Under the pieces are notes generated by a model, which worked only from the letters and a program-made list of their open reading frames with translations, had not been told where the DNA came from and ran no database searches. A stretch of DNA of 64,000 nucleotides from Eledone cirrhosa. Its lineage: Eukaryota. Made by a program: the position numbers and the translations under genes. Where the stretch lies: contig OZ024743.1 in the NCBI GenBank assembly GCA_964016885.1, positions 10,974,001 through 11,038,000 on the forward strand. Direction: 5' to 3'. Positions 13,211 through 27,836 of the stretch are shown one piece after another (the first letter of the stretch is position 1; the number at the start of each line of letters is the position of its first letter).

Positions 13211-13796
13211 ATATATATTATATATATATATATATATATAAATATATATATACGCATACATGCGTGCATATACTAACGTACACATACACATGTGTATCCT
13301 GACGTACACAAAACAAGACTCACAAACACTCCCATACATACACACACACGTACATACGAATAGAATTATTTTTTATTTTAATATAACGTATTTCTCTATC
13401 CTTCACTCCTTCCCTGATTTTTTTTCTTTTTTACTTTGACCCCATCATTGCTTACTTTTTTTGCGTGTTTTTTTTTATTTACTTTTTCTTATTATTGATG
13501 GAATATATCATGAAAATACAGTTTAATAGAAAAACAAAAAATAAAATTTCGATTGAGAAAAATGAAATATAAATAAAAAGAAGAAAAATGACATGTACAC
13601 AAAAAAGAATACTTTTTTGTTTTGTTTATTATTATTGTTGTTGTTATTATTGTTATTACTTTATCCTGTCTGCTCTGCATTACGTCACTCTGATCAATAC
13701 TGTCTTCATTTCAAGATGTATTGTCAAGTTAACAATTCTTTCGATCTATCATTCTACACTGCTTGCTTACTAATTTCTGAATCTCTCTCTCTCTCT

Positions 13797-13843
<47 letters not shown>

Positions 13844-13872
13844 CAGGCGAACATTATCTCCCTCATCCCTTC

Positions 13873-13953
13873 CATCCCTTTCTTTCCCATCCCTTTCTTT
13901 CCCATCCCTTTCTTTCCCATCCCTTTCTTTCCCATCCCTTTCTTTCCCATCCC
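13873..13953. repeat. 15-bp minisatellite (ccatccctttctttc)x5
   Basis: Direct reading. Confidence 0.9.
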
Positions 13954-14684
13954 TCACTGTCTCATACAGTTAGTCACTCACTTTGACAAGTACACCACTG
14001 ACGCAATTTGAAGCGGTTGGGAATGTCCATTAAATCGATCCCAGTGCGTTACTGGTACTTTATTTTATCGATCTCGTATGGATGAAAGGCAAATCTAACC
14101 TCGGCGGGATTTGAAATCAGTTCAAATCCCGCCGAGGTTAGCTTTGCTTTCCATCCTTATTTAACATGTACACGCGACCTTACGTTTCGGGGTCCAGTTA
14201 TGGCCACCACTGAAGAGTGGAGGAGCCGTTCTAAAACTAGCCTCAATCGTCAAGCACAAGGATACAATTTCATATATCAACATGCAAAAATACAAACGCA
14301 AATGTTTAGATTAATAATGGTTTCAATTTGGGGGGAGGGGAAAGTGAATTACATCGACTCCAGTGCGTTACTGGTACATTATTTTATCGACCCAATAAGA
14401 TAAAGTACCAATAAATCACTGGGGTCATATGAAATAAATCATATATGTACGAGCCATTATAAATGAACATTTAACAAAATTTACACATGCGGAATTTGAA
14501 TTCAACTCAATTTAATTCCGTACACATCATTTTCTTTCTATTCCCTTTTACAACAAAGAAAGTTGTAATATTAGTTAATGACACAACCAAGTTAAGGAGT
14601 TTATACATACTCGTCCAAGTTTCTAGATTTAACAGCCAAATCGCTCTTAAAACTTTTAAGACAGGAAGCGGTATTGGATAATGA

Positions 14685-14881
14685 CAGACCTGCCCGCCTC
14701 TAAAATCACAAATGGGGTGTACTATGAAAAAAAGTACATCAAAACGGGTAGAAATGAGGCAAAATGGGGAGATTTTACATAATGGAAGCTATACCCATTT
14801 TAACAAGAGAAGATATCTCTCACTCACCCCAACGTGGGTGGGAGATCTCCCCCGTCGGATGGGGAGAGTTTGACAGGTCTG
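14685..14881. mobile_element. ~200-bp MITE with CAGACCTG termini; partial relatives at ~49040-49176 (-) and ~58199-58380 (+)
   Basis: Ends cagacctgcc / gacaggtctg, flanked by taatga on both sides. The internal agaaatgaggcaaaatg..gagattttacataatg is shared by three loci. Confidence 0.7.
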
Positions 14882-17800
14882 TAATGAAGTCATAAAAATT
14901 CATGAAAAAGAACCGGATTGCCACACTCGAAAGTCTTTTATCATTGATTTGGCCAATTAGAGTTAACAAAACATTTACTATAAAACATAAAATAATATTA
15001 GTCATTGCAGGATTTCTGTTATTTGCTTCTGCCAATGTTTTTCTTTTGCGGTTATCTAGCTACGAGAAAAAAGGAAGAAAGTATCAAATAAAAAGACAAC
15101 TTCCAGATTAATATGTATCATAACATCCAGCATAGCAGTTTTATTTTATTTTGAGTTACCCCTCTTTCTTTTCCATTTTCCTCTCTAACTGGAATTTCCT
15201 ATCAATCTTGTTTCTTTCTTTTCTCTTCTCTTCAACTATCCTTGCGAACATTTTAATCTTTAAATGTTCTGCTGACTCTGTGTTGAAGACCACTGATTGA
15301 ATTATCGATATCCACAGATGGACTGCGTAATATATATAAATTCATTGGATTTAATTATTACTTTTGTTAATAATTTATTTTGTTAAAAATATCATGAAGA
15401 CACCACAATTATGTATTGTTATTGCTGTTCAAACGTCCCCCCCCCCCTCTCTCTCTCTATATATCCTTCGAATATGTTCACCACTTAGCCATTCGCTACA
15501 TAACTGACAATGAATTTTCTGAAATGTTCGCCTTTCAAGCGCCTTATAAATTAATTTCCTATCAAATTCTTGTCTAATCATGTGTATTAATAACCCCGTA
15601 ACCTTCTTCCTACAAACTCCTCGCAGAACCGAGAAGAATAAAATATGTATACACCTCGAAGTCAGTCTGAATTAGCTCTCTGTAGTAAACTTAGCCATGC
15701 TGACGACCATTACATCGATATTAAGTGACCTTACGCCATGTAATTGTTTACGGTGCTCCCAGAAACCATCAACACACACATATCATATTTAAATATCTAA
15801 ATCTCAGCAGATGTATACTAGGAGCTACGAGGTATAGAAGGGGGGGATTGAACGGCATATACGATTTTATATCCTTGTCACAACATCCACAGGAAAGAAT
15901 TATTTTAGTTTATTATCCTGTTTTCGTTTTGTTGTGTTACTTATAGAACGGAGAGTTCGGTTTTATATTGTTCTACTTATTATATTTTTGATTAGTAAAA
16001 TTTGCATAAGATCACACCTTTGAGGAAGAGTATTCGACCATAAAAAGATAAAAGGGAAAGTGTTACCCATCGAGGTTATGGAGATTCCATAGATCAAAGA
16101 TTGCTTAGCTGTTCATCTGATATTGACAAAAATTAAACAAAAATTAGATTATTTCATTTTTAATAATAATTTGTTTACTACTAAAAAACACAAATGTAAA
16201 AGAAAAAAGAAATGAGAGCTACTGATTTTGTAATGTAAAAGTTCAATTATTTTGGAGGTGGCACTATTTGGACACTTCGTTTTCACCTATTGTTTTTTAT
16301 CGCTCGTCAGATTGGTAGACCCTACTCTCTCTAAGTAGCATACACGAGAAGCTTTGAACGCATAATTGCTAACTAGAGTAGCACTGACTTGCTGCCTCGC
16401 TTGGTCAACTCAAATTATGTCTATTCAGTCTTTCTTTTAATCAACGTGTCATATTTAACTACGGTATGTTGTGAGTTGAGCTGGATTAGGCCAGTATTTC
16501 TAAGTAGACGCCTTCTCGTTGGCTCTGAGCGCGTTGATAATGATGGGCATAGTCAGAAATACTACGTAACGTTCAAGTTCAGACATAAACCATGAATACT
16601 TCACTTACACAAATTAGCCTTTAACATGAAACTAATTTCATGATTATTGATCTGTATGCAGATGTATACAGATGTAAATTTCGGCAGATTTAAATGGTTT
16701 ATAATCTAAGTCTTATTTAAATGTGAGCATCTTGCATATGCAAGCTTTTTCCACGAGATCACTACGCTGTCCATTGTTCAAAGAAATACCATACGACATT
16801 GAAAATCTGTTTTTTTTTTTCATTTTGACTTTTATCAATGTTGCTGTTGATTTGAATTTTATTTTGTTGAAAGAAGTTTCCAACATTTATATCTATGTCT
16901 CAGATCAGTTTAAATGCCTAATCAATATTCCAAATATCCGAACTTGTGGTGAAAAAGGAAATATAACGGGCAAATGATGTATTTACTATGAGAGCTTTAG
17001 ACGTCCTTGATGCTCACAAGGGGCAAATTTATTAATCTAAATAATAATTTTGAATATCACCAATCTCTGATGCAGACCAACTCTTCTTTTATTTTCAATA
17101 TTTGTTTTTGAAACATTTTTAATGTAATTCACACAAATTTTAAATTCTTTCACACGTTTTCTCCCTCTCAACAAGTTTAGCGTTGTGATTTCCTCATCCC
17201 ACATGCCAGCATAGAATGGTACAAACTGTTTAATGTTTGGTCTGGAGCTACTTAACTGCTTGGTAACATTTATTTTGCAGTAGATAGCACATTAATTTTG
17301 AATAAACAAGTCTAAGGTGTAAATAGGTGAAGGCTATTAATTTAGTAACAACCATAATAATGTATGCGAGAGCAGAATTAACCAGTATGTGGATATTGCT
17401 TCATACTCCCGGTGGGCAGTATTGCGAATGCGTTACTCCAGAGAATAGTGAATAACATGCGTTGAAAGTGCCAGTTCAACTCGCAGCTCTCATTCTTGCG
17501 GATGATCATCACTGCCTCGATCACAGTAAGTATGGGGGTGATTCGCGGACCCGGGACGAAAAATGTTTCCACCATTATGTATTCAGCGATAAACCTATTG
17601 GAGAGGGGAATGTATTTTGAAAGAGAAGTCGCTCTTGATATTATTTTCTTTCTGTTGCTGATATTTTCTCTAAAATAATTTTACTACTCTTTATTTTATC
17701 TAATCACTTCTTGTTCATTTGTAATATCGTAACTATATCTAATTTACAGCGTCCAGCTTCCCGTCACAATTGGAGCCGATTGGTCTCGACTGCGGAAATA

Positions 17801-18814
17801 GTAGACGTCTAGATGAGATAATCGAGAGGGATAAAATACTAATCTGAGATGTTTCATGTTACGTTACGTTCTCTGGTGCCACAAACCTGAACACCGCCAC
17901 CCGTAACTCAGAGAAGCGGAGGATAACCAAATAACGGGCTTTGACCAACCGCTTCATTTCCGTGCCTGTTGCCATGGAGATCCCTGTTGTACTTGATTCC
18001 CGGACTGTTTTTTTACTCGGCAAAATCGAGTGGAGTTTATATCGCCCGAGGAGAGATCCCCGGAAAGTGTAATAGCTAATGCAACATGTGTCACAAACTG
18101 TTCTCCATAGTAATATCTTTGCTATCTTGTCTGAAAGACACAGATGAGATATATAACCACGATTCTTTTTCTTTTTAAATTTTTCTTTTTGTATCACTTT
18201 TTCTCTTCATAATAATTTTTTAAATACTGCCCATATTATATACGTTTGTTCACTAACACTTACACTAACATATTTCCCTCGGCTATTCTATTTCCATTTT
18301 ATTTGGCCAGCGATGGGTGCGGAATTTACATCCTGGCTATGAACCGCGAGACTGTTTTCTTTTCTTTCTGAAATGTGTGCTTATAAAGAATAATATCATT
18401 TTATGTAATCTGATTTATGGTGCTATCTCTCATTGTAAACATTTAAATCGTGATAAGATGATTTTCAATGTTGAACATTGTTATATAAAATATATACAGA
18501 TAACTACAGGAATACAATATACTTTAGATAGCTGGCTTTAAAGGGGTGAAATTTCAGAAAGAAGTTTCGTAGCCCATGAACTTCTTGAAAAGCTGTGTTT
18601 CTCTGCAGAATCTCAGTTGCTTACTTGCAAAATTGTGGCGAACAACTTGGAACATACATGTATGCCTATCTACATACACACACGCGCATAGATAACACAC
18701 ACATACGTAACACACACATATGTGCATAAGTATATGCATTCATATATAAACACACCCATCCATACATGCATGCATCCAGCCATCTATACATGTATACATT
18801 CATTCATATATATA

Positions 18815-18894
<80 letters not shown>

Positions 18895-18974
18895 CCGGCG
18901 ATTTAGTTAGGATCTAGCTCTGTCGAAACGGCCGGAGGTCAGCCATCGGGTTCCTGAATCATTTCATATATATA

Positions 18975-19386
18975 TATGGATATGCGATGGCTGGAGAGAA
19001 ATGAAGCAAGCATGCTCCGTTGGAGGTGCAGTGTCAATGTGCGTGAACGACCAAGGATAGATGAGTTGAGAAAGAAACTGGGTATAATAGGGATAAGTTG
19101 TGATGTGCAGGAGAGAAGACTGAGATGGTATGGATATGTGATGCGCATGGAGGATAACCGCTAGGTAAAGAAGTGCCAAGAAATCCCAGTAGAAGGAAGA
19201 CGCGGTAGAGGTAGTCCACGAAAAACATGGGCGGAGGTGGTGAGAACAGACCTCAGATCGCTGAAACTCACAGAGGAGATGACGAAGGACCGTGACAAGT
19301 GGAGAGATGTTGTGCTGAATAGGACCCGTCCAACCCTTACAAACAGGGAAAAGCGGACGTAAAATGACGATGATGATGATGATGAT
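18975..19386 (+). mobile_element. RTE LINE 3' end with (GAT)n tail
   Basis: RRLRWYGYVMRMED, GRRGRGSPRKTW and DRDKWR motifs. Ends in gatgatgatgat. Confidence 0.8.
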
Positions 19387-19849
19387 TAAGATTTATATTA
19401 AGCGTTTTAATCTCCACTGCTATAGGGAGAAACTGGCTGATTAATTATCTTACAGAGATAAAAAAGAAGACGGATAAAATAAAGTTAAAATTAAAATTAA
19501 AATAAAAACATAGCAAAAATATTGACTTCCCGTTTTTTTAGAGAGAGGGGCTCTCTATAATGTAATCGGTTATGTAGTCAATCGATAAACCATGGATGGA
19601 ATGAAATGGATCTCCGTCAGTTTTGACGAGTATTCCAGTTGTTCAATCAACGGTATAGCCTGCATATGAAATTACCTTGTAAATTACTGGGCATTCCACA
19701 AACGAGCAGTCTTAACATAACTATGAGGGATGTTCAATGTGACACTGTGTGACACGGTCGACACTTTGAATTACAGGTACAGTCGACCCGATGGACTTCT
19801 AAACAGTTTCCTTCTACCCAATTTTACTCACATACTGGAAGGCAATATT

Positions 19850-20605
19850 TAAGTAAAGATACATCATCCATATCTCTTCATTCAACAAACTATCCAGCTA
19901 CATTTAGAATTTCGAAGAATATCTAACTGTATGCAACATCAAATGGAAAATCCTTGCCAGATACAGATCATACAGAAATGATAGAAACATTGAGATCTAT
20001 TCATAGCTAAATAGAACCCCAAAATCAACAATTGTAATAAATATGCAGGTTTCCTAGATATCAATCGAAAGATCTGCCCGTATTTCTGTGATTTTACCTC
20101 CACACGATTGAATTGATCAATGTTTACCTATTTACTAAGGACAACCAAATTCACTGTTTATCTTTCCTCTGATTAAAATGCTATGAGGGGCACACAGTAG
20201 CCATGTAGTCCTTGGTATTTATACCACCAGGCCCAGCTAGTAACCCACTAAATTATATAATTATACATTTATTGAAACTTTATAATTTAAAATCGTTAAC
20301 CTTCCAGACTTGTTACCTCAAAACAATTGATTTATCAGCCTACTAATATTGTCATACTTTATGAGTTTTTCCTCTTCTTAATTTTTAATTAACTCACCGA
20401 AAAACTCAAGTCAACATAATATATTCATAAGTAATGCGTTATATCCCTTACCATATTTTCAGAGCTTTCATATGAAAAAAAAAAAGATTCAGCTCAACAG
20501 AAATAAAGAAACATACATGCACATTAGATTTTGTGTTTCTATCGACTGATGATTATTCAACACTCCTGGATATGAAACTTTGTCATGGACTTTATTATTC
20601 TATAC
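19850..20605 (+). mobile_element. Highly decayed Penelope-like 3' fragment (PLE-3)
   Basis: KLSSYI*N..IKWKILARYRSY at ~19887-19975 parallels the post-GIY-YIG segment of the other two PLEs. An HHR-like fold lies at its 3' end. Confidence 0.55.
20538..20589 (+). ncRNA. Hammerhead-like fold at the PLE-3 3' end (stem I displaced by 3 nt)
   Basis: TCTAT cga CTGATGA-T TATTCA acactcc TGGATA T-GAAA-C ttt G-TC-ATGGA. Confidence 0.55.
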
Positions 20606-20646
20606 CGTTTAACGTCCATTTTTCCACGCTAGCATGGGTTATATAC

Positions 20647-20724
<78 letters not shown>

Positions 20725-20733
<9 letters not shown>

Positions 20734-21370
20734 CAGAGGATGTCTGTCTGTCTGTGTAAATCCCTAAAACTCCAGAAGTACCCAACCGATTTTTTCAAAC
20801 TTTACACATGCGTTACTTATATTTCATGAAGTGCAATTGGCTAACATTTTAACTTTTTCCGCATTAGGCGAAAAACCGCATTTTTTAGGCATTTTTAGGC
20901 TTTTTTGAGGCGAACTTTGTTGCTGTGTAAACGCAGTGCAACCAATGCCACCCAGCGTTTGTGCTAATTGCACTATGACCCCCTTCTGCTGCAGCTGCGT
21001 TGCCACGCTGATTTCGTCATCTCAATATCCCTACTTAAATATACATCCCTACTTGGTTTCCACACAATTGACTACGTCGCTCCTTCAGACTAACGTGTGT
21101 TCCCCATCCGTGACGTAATTCGGAATCAGACTTACGACATACATCGCCCCACAACACTTACTCCTTTCGCATACAGGATTCCCGCAATCAGCCCACTGAC
21201 ACTGTTACTACTGGATTCGGCCTGCTGGTGTTCTACGTTTCCACTAGATAAGCAATCATTCCCTGAGAATAGAGAATTCAAAAAGTAAACAGCTACATTC
21301 CTAAGTCTTTGCATATGCGTGTTGCTATTTCACGTTTCCTACCCCACACAACGTGGGGTCCTGCTGCTAG
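20725..21370 (+). mobile_element. Non-autonomous Helitron in (TA)n
   Basis: 3' hairpin accccac-acaac-gtggggt followed by CTAG at 21367-21370. The 5' end agaggatgtctgtctgt...aaccgatt resembles the 5' end of the Helitron at 46500 (-). Confidence 0.75.
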
Positions 21371-21475
21371 TATATATATTTATATATATATATATATATA
21401 TAACGTTTAGACATTATATTTACTTCATCGGCGAATAATCCCTATGATTTCATGCGAGTAGTAATATTGTTATAA

Positions 21476-21581
21476 CTGTTTCTACTTTAGGCACAAGGCC
21501 AGCAATTACCCAGTGCATTACTGGTACTTTATTTTATCGACCCCGTAAGGATGAAAGGCAAAGTCAACCTCGGCGGGATTT
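21476..21581 (-). mobile_element. 5'-truncated SINE family A
   Basis: Matches the 3' half of the family A unit. Confidence 0.85.
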
Positions 21582-21768
21582 AACAATATAATATGTGTAA
21601 CAAAATATAGAAAATATTTGAAATAAACAGCTTAATTTGCGTGACGTGGTGTTGTGGAATCAGTGCAGCTGCGTGACACTATGGCACAAGTGATTTTTTT
21701 ACTAAGGCCTTAAGTTGATGAATAACTTGTGAGTGGAATACAGTAGAGGAAAACTACAGAGTCCCTTC

Positions 21769-21837
<69 letters not shown>

Positions 21838-22385
21838 TATATACACACATATATATACACACTTATATATATACACACACTTATATATATGTGTGTATAT
21901 ATATATATATAATATATATACACATATATATACACATATATATATGTGTGTGTATGTATATATATATGTATGTGTCTATATGTATGTGTATGTGTGTATG
22001 TGTGTATGCCTGTGTGTCTCTGTGTGTGTGTGTGTTTGTGAATGTGTGTGTGAATGTGTTTGCTCCTCTCCGTGTTAATGTGTCTGTGTCGCTGTTTATG
22101 TCCTGTAACCATAAAACAAGTGCTGGGGTCGATATGATCGACGAAATCCATTAAGATTTGGGCTCCATCATGACCGCAATTAATGATTGAATCTAGTAAA
22201 AGGATAAAGCAAGTTAACGAATAAATGTATTATGACAGATAGATACGCATAAACACAAACACTCATATACATACCCACATACATACACACATATTTATGT
22301 ATGTATGAATGTATGTATCATGTACGTTAGTATATATGTATCTATGTAAGAATCTCATCGACTTTTTATCTATAGACAAATAGCC

Positions 22386-22486
<101 letters not shown>

Positions 22487-22552
22487 ACTTTCTCTCGCAC
22501 TCTCTCTCTCTTTATATATATATATCAAATACGTGTGCGCGCACGCACACAG

Positions 22553-22590
<38 letters not shown>

Positions 22591-24660
22591 AAATATGGTC
22601 ATTAAATTATGGGGAAGCTGTGTAAAGTTACTAAGATTGAATTAAGATATATTTACTTTCCATAAATTTCTGCTGGAAACTCTGACATATTAAAATATAA
22701 TTAACATTAATATCTTCAAATTTCCATAAACTGCATTCTGCTGTCTTCATACTTATCATAGTTGTTTATGTTTTGTGTGATCTGCGTAGGTAAATGGGAG
22801 TCTATATCTGTATGTGTTTGTGTGCGCCTTTAAGTGTATGTTTTTGTTTGTGTGTGTGCATACATATGTGTGTAGATATATTTGATTATGTACGTGTGTA
22901 TGTATGTACGTGTGTATGTATGTATATATGTATGTACGTGTGTATGTGCGTGTGTATGTATGTATGCATGTATGAATGTATTTATGTATGGCAGTATGTA
23001 TGTATATATGCATGTATGTATGTTTTTATGTATTTATTTATGTTTGAATCTATGTGTGTGTGTGTATGTGTGTGTGTATATATATATATATGTGTGTGTG
23101 TGTATATATACATGTATGTATGTGTGTATGTATGTATAGACTAGATAACTAAACTGTTCGGTAATTTCTTGGCCGGGTTGTTAAAAATGATTACCCTTTA
23201 GAATAATCCGAAAAACTTTCAATGAAATGTTTTTTAATCTCTGCTTAATGCTCAGACCGGTCGCCATCGTTATTGTTGAATGATATGCCGCTTGAAGTAT
23301 ATACTTACATCGCATTAACATCTTTTGGGTTATTTCCAACATTATCCGCCGGGCTGGCCCCTCTCCGTGGGCGAAGTGAAAGCGACGAGTCCGTAGCCGA
23401 TTTCCTTCTAACGCCCTGATACGAGGCGCCAGTCTGTATCGTCTGCCCCACTGAAATCGAATCTAGACGGCGCGAAAAATTATTGAACAAAATACTTGAA
23501 AAGTTTCCAAATCATTTTCACCTGCACATTTGCCAGTGTAAAGCAAACATTCTAACAAATTTTAGGTTGGCCGGCGTCTGTTTTATAATCAGGCGCACTC
23601 ATTCCATCTGCTTAGACACTAGGCCTCCATTTGACTTGTACAGTTAACACACGGCCAATTCACTGTCTCTATCCCATTCTTTCTTTTAGACATAGCATTG
23701 CTCACTCCCCCACCATCTCCGCATCTCTCGTTATCTCTCTTTCTTACCTTCTCTTTTTCTACATCTACATCTCCTTCTGTCTAGTTTACTCATTTTACAA
23801 TCTATCTCTCTTTTACTCTCTTTATCTATATATCTTGTTTTTGTTTTTATTCATATTGCGTCAATTCGAAATTTTCTATTTTCTTAGATTTTCCTATGTT
23901 CGGCTTTCTCTGAATCACTTTCATTAAAATATATTTTTATTTACATGTTCACTTGTTGAATTTTGTATAAACACCTTCTTTCTTTTACTTCCAATTTAAG
24001 TTGTTCATTTTCTTTCTGACGTCATTTAAGTCGAACATTATTTACTTCTTACAACTTTTCTAAAATTTCACATTCTTTTTCATTTTTATTTTGTGCAAAT
24101 AACTTTCTATTATCCAGTTCGGATTATCGTGATTTGATTCTAAACTGTTAGAGCGTCTGATTAAATGTCTCGTATTTGTTATGGGTCACCATGATCTGCG
24201 TGAAAATCTAGCTGATGTCAACTTTGATTTTCATCCTTTCGGGGTCGATAAATAAAGTACCAATCCAGTGGGTGTAAGGGAAAAACTGACTCCACAAATT
24301 TAACAAGATGTAAAAATAACAGCTAATTATTGTTAATGGCACTGTTTCCATGTATATATATTGTTATACTTCTTCGGGAAGGTCATGCTGCAAATAGAAA
24401 CACACGCACTAGTTTTATTAATAGTCAGATAACTAATCCATTCCACGGTTAGTTTGTAATCTTGATGTTTATTTAATTATCAAACCACTTTCGACACGCA
24501 TGTTGAGACTTTCTAAAGGCCTACAACCTTCTGTGTTTCCGCGTATTTCATTTTGTTATATTTACTCATTTTTGTCTTTCTGTGGTGCGTGTATTTTTAT
24601 TAGTAGCAAAGTATACCAATTCCTGATTCAACAAATAAAGAATCTCGCCAAACAAAAGCG

Positions 24661-24745
<85 letters not shown>

Positions 24746-24985
24746 AAAGTTTTATTTAAATTGTTGGGATACAAGAAGCAAATATTTTTATAACTGATAT
24801 AAAGCACTCGACAAATATTTGGAGTAGATATACGATATTAATAAATGGAAACTATATTTATTTCATTATATATATTTCAAGGATACCAAGTTACAATTGA
24901 CCGTTGTTTTTGGAGGCCTCCCAAAACAACGGTCAATTTTTAAAAGGGGTACGTCAATGTCTATTTATAAAACTGTTATATATTG

Positions 24986-25050
24986 TATTTTGTCTGATGA
25001 AGGCATACCATAATGTAACTTGGTATCCTTGAAATATATATAATGAAATA
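24986..25050 (+). ncRNA. Minimal type I hammerhead with palindromic stem III (ATATATAT), in element 24745-25092
   Basis: TATTTTGT-CTGATGA-AGGcATACCA..TGGTATCCTT-GAAA-TATATA-TA-ATGAAATA. A partial inverted copy lies at 24831-24895 and a hairpin at 24895-24938. Confidence 0.75.
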
Positions 25051-25089
25051 AATATGGTTTTATAAATATAGTTTCCATTTATTAATATC

Positions 25090-25138
<49 letters not shown>

Positions 25139-25192
25139 TCCAGAATTAGCCGTCGAAACGGCTTGAGCTCAGCTGTCGGGGTCTTACTGGTT

Positions 25193-25240
<48 letters not shown>

Positions 25241-25250
25241 TGTATATATA

Positions 25251-25299
<49 letters not shown>

Positions 25300-25466
25300 T
25301 TATTAAAATAACTTAGAAGATCCCGTTAAGGGTGAAAGCAGCGATTCTTTGCTTAACCTTTAATCTGTTATTTAAATAAATATTTGCTCTACGGTTCTTA
25401 TATATTTGATATATATTTATCCTTATCGAGCCCTCTTTGGATTTTAGTCTTCAAATTTATTATTAT

Positions 25467-25552
<86 letters not shown>

Positions 25553-25555
<3 letters not shown>

Positions 25556-26025
25556 TGTTTCATTCTTTAGAAATCATCAGGAATCTGGCGTTCCAAAATA
25601 AATGTTGTGGTATTTTATGGAGACATGAAGGTCGAGTTTGGTCAGCATAGTTTCTTGGTGATGGTTATAAGGGGCCCAAAGAGTGCCAAAAGGTAAGTTA
25701 TTCCGGGTTGAATCGGAGGTAACCACAGTAAGTAAAGTACTCAATAAATAGCAGAGTATAATCAATCCGGAATAACTTACCTTTTAGCACTCTTTGGGCC
25801 CCTTATAACCATCACCAAGAAACTATGCTGACCAAACTCGACCTTCATGTCTCCATGAAATACCACAACATTTATTTTGGAAAGCCAGATTCCTGATGAT
25901 TTCTAAAGAATGAAACAGTTCTAGTCCTGTAGAATCTCATCTATATTAAAACTGTTATACTCTGCTATGTATTGAGTACCTTACTTACTGTGGTTACCTC
26001 CGATTCAACCCGGAATAACTTACCT
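25553..26025. mobile_element. Head-to-head retrozyme-like element with 243-nt circularly permuted unit
   Basis: The plus unit 25767-26009 is followed by a repeat of its start (ccggaataacttacct, 26010-26025). The minus copy 25553-25761 reads through that junction. Confidence 0.8.
25887..25937 (+). ncRNA. Type I hammerhead ribozyme (GUA site)
   Basis: AGATTC-CTGATGA-T TTC taaa GAA T-GAAA-CAG ttctagtc CTG-TA-GAATCT. Confidence 0.75.
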
Positions 26026-26073
26026 ACATATATATATATATATATATCCAGCAGTCGCAAAGCAGTAGGAGGG

Positions 26074-26117
26074 ATCGTCCTGAGGATGGCCAGCCAAGCC
26101 TCAAATGCATAGACGGT
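26074..26117 (+). ncRNA. Minimal hammerhead with G12C substitution (probably inactive)
   Basis: ATCGTC-CTGAGGA-T GGC cagccaa GCC T-CAAA-TGCA-TA-GACGGT: all three stems present, GAAA changed to CAAA. Confidence 0.65.
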
Positions 26118-26216
26118 TGTCCCCCTTGCTTCTGCTGGACAACACCAGAGGGCGTTAGACCCCCCCCCTCCCACGGTGTTCGCATAGCTACGGCTTCCTA
26201 AAATTGTATTTCTTTC

Positions 26217-26861
<645 letters not shown>

Positions 26862-26984
26862 GGAGGTGAGTTTTATTGTAGTACAATAAAGCAATGCAGA
26901 TATCGGATAAGAAGCACTCTACAGTTTGTAGGACTGGAGTATACATAATATATAAGATCAAAAGATGGTTAAAAGAGTACCATG

Positions 26985-27055
26985 TATTTTATTATGCGCA
27001 TTTCAAAAACAAACATCATCATGCAATAATATTTGTGTTTTCATCAGATAAAATA
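26985..27055 (-). ncRNA. Minimal type I hammerhead, palindromic stem III ATGCGCAT, long stem II
   Basis: Minus: TATTTTAT-CTGATGA-AAAc ACAAATATTAT tgcatg ATGATGTTTGT tTTT-GAAA-TGCGCA-TA-ATAAAATA. Confidence 0.8.
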
Positions 27056-27492
27056 GGAAGACAGGATATGAAGGTTAAAAAACACTTGTGAATAGTGCAG
27101 TTTTAAATCAACATATCATATTAAATCAACATATCATATATGTATATATATATACATATATATATATATACATATATATATGTATATATATATATACATA
27201 GAGATGACCCCTTATCCTTTGTCAAGGCAGAATTCTAGGAGAAGGAAAACTCTGATATAACACCTGCAACCCTGATGGTATCCAATGATGTTGACTTGTT
27301 CTTCTTTTTGGTACCATGGGCCCAGCACTATGTGTCAATAATTGTCACAGGTGTAGTGTTTGTACCAGAGTTTTCAAGTCGCTGGCTGGACTAAAAAGTC
27401 ACACTCGTTCAGCGCATCGGTAGGGGTTCTCCTACATGAATATAAAGTAGTGGCCGTACTCGAAAACGAGTTGGCATCCACCATATATATAC

Positions 27493-27527
<35 letters not shown>

Positions 27528-27618
27528 CATATATATACATATATATATATGTATATATATGTATATATATGTATACATATATATATGTTTATATATATAT
27601 ATATATATAGATATATAT

Positions 27619-27670
<52 letters not shown>

Positions 27671-27836
27671 AATTTATATCTAGTAACATTTATATACATA
27701 CAGATGCATATCAATGCTAGCAAATATATAGGTTTTGTCTTAATAACATTGTGGTTCAATGCATGGGGTTGCAGAACAATAATACAAGAGACGTAAAATA
27801 AGAAAATTATAAAATTAACTTACTTACTAAAATATC

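Noticed and set aside
14205-14245. CTGAAGA plus hairpin here, at ~54376 and at ~34746
   Set aside because: GAAA and stem I/III are absent. They could be very old relics but are not supportable.
17400-17500. ESCELNWHFQR as a Cys-loop receptor pre-M1 motif
   Set aside because: Only a loose resemblance, with no other receptor exons or motifs found.
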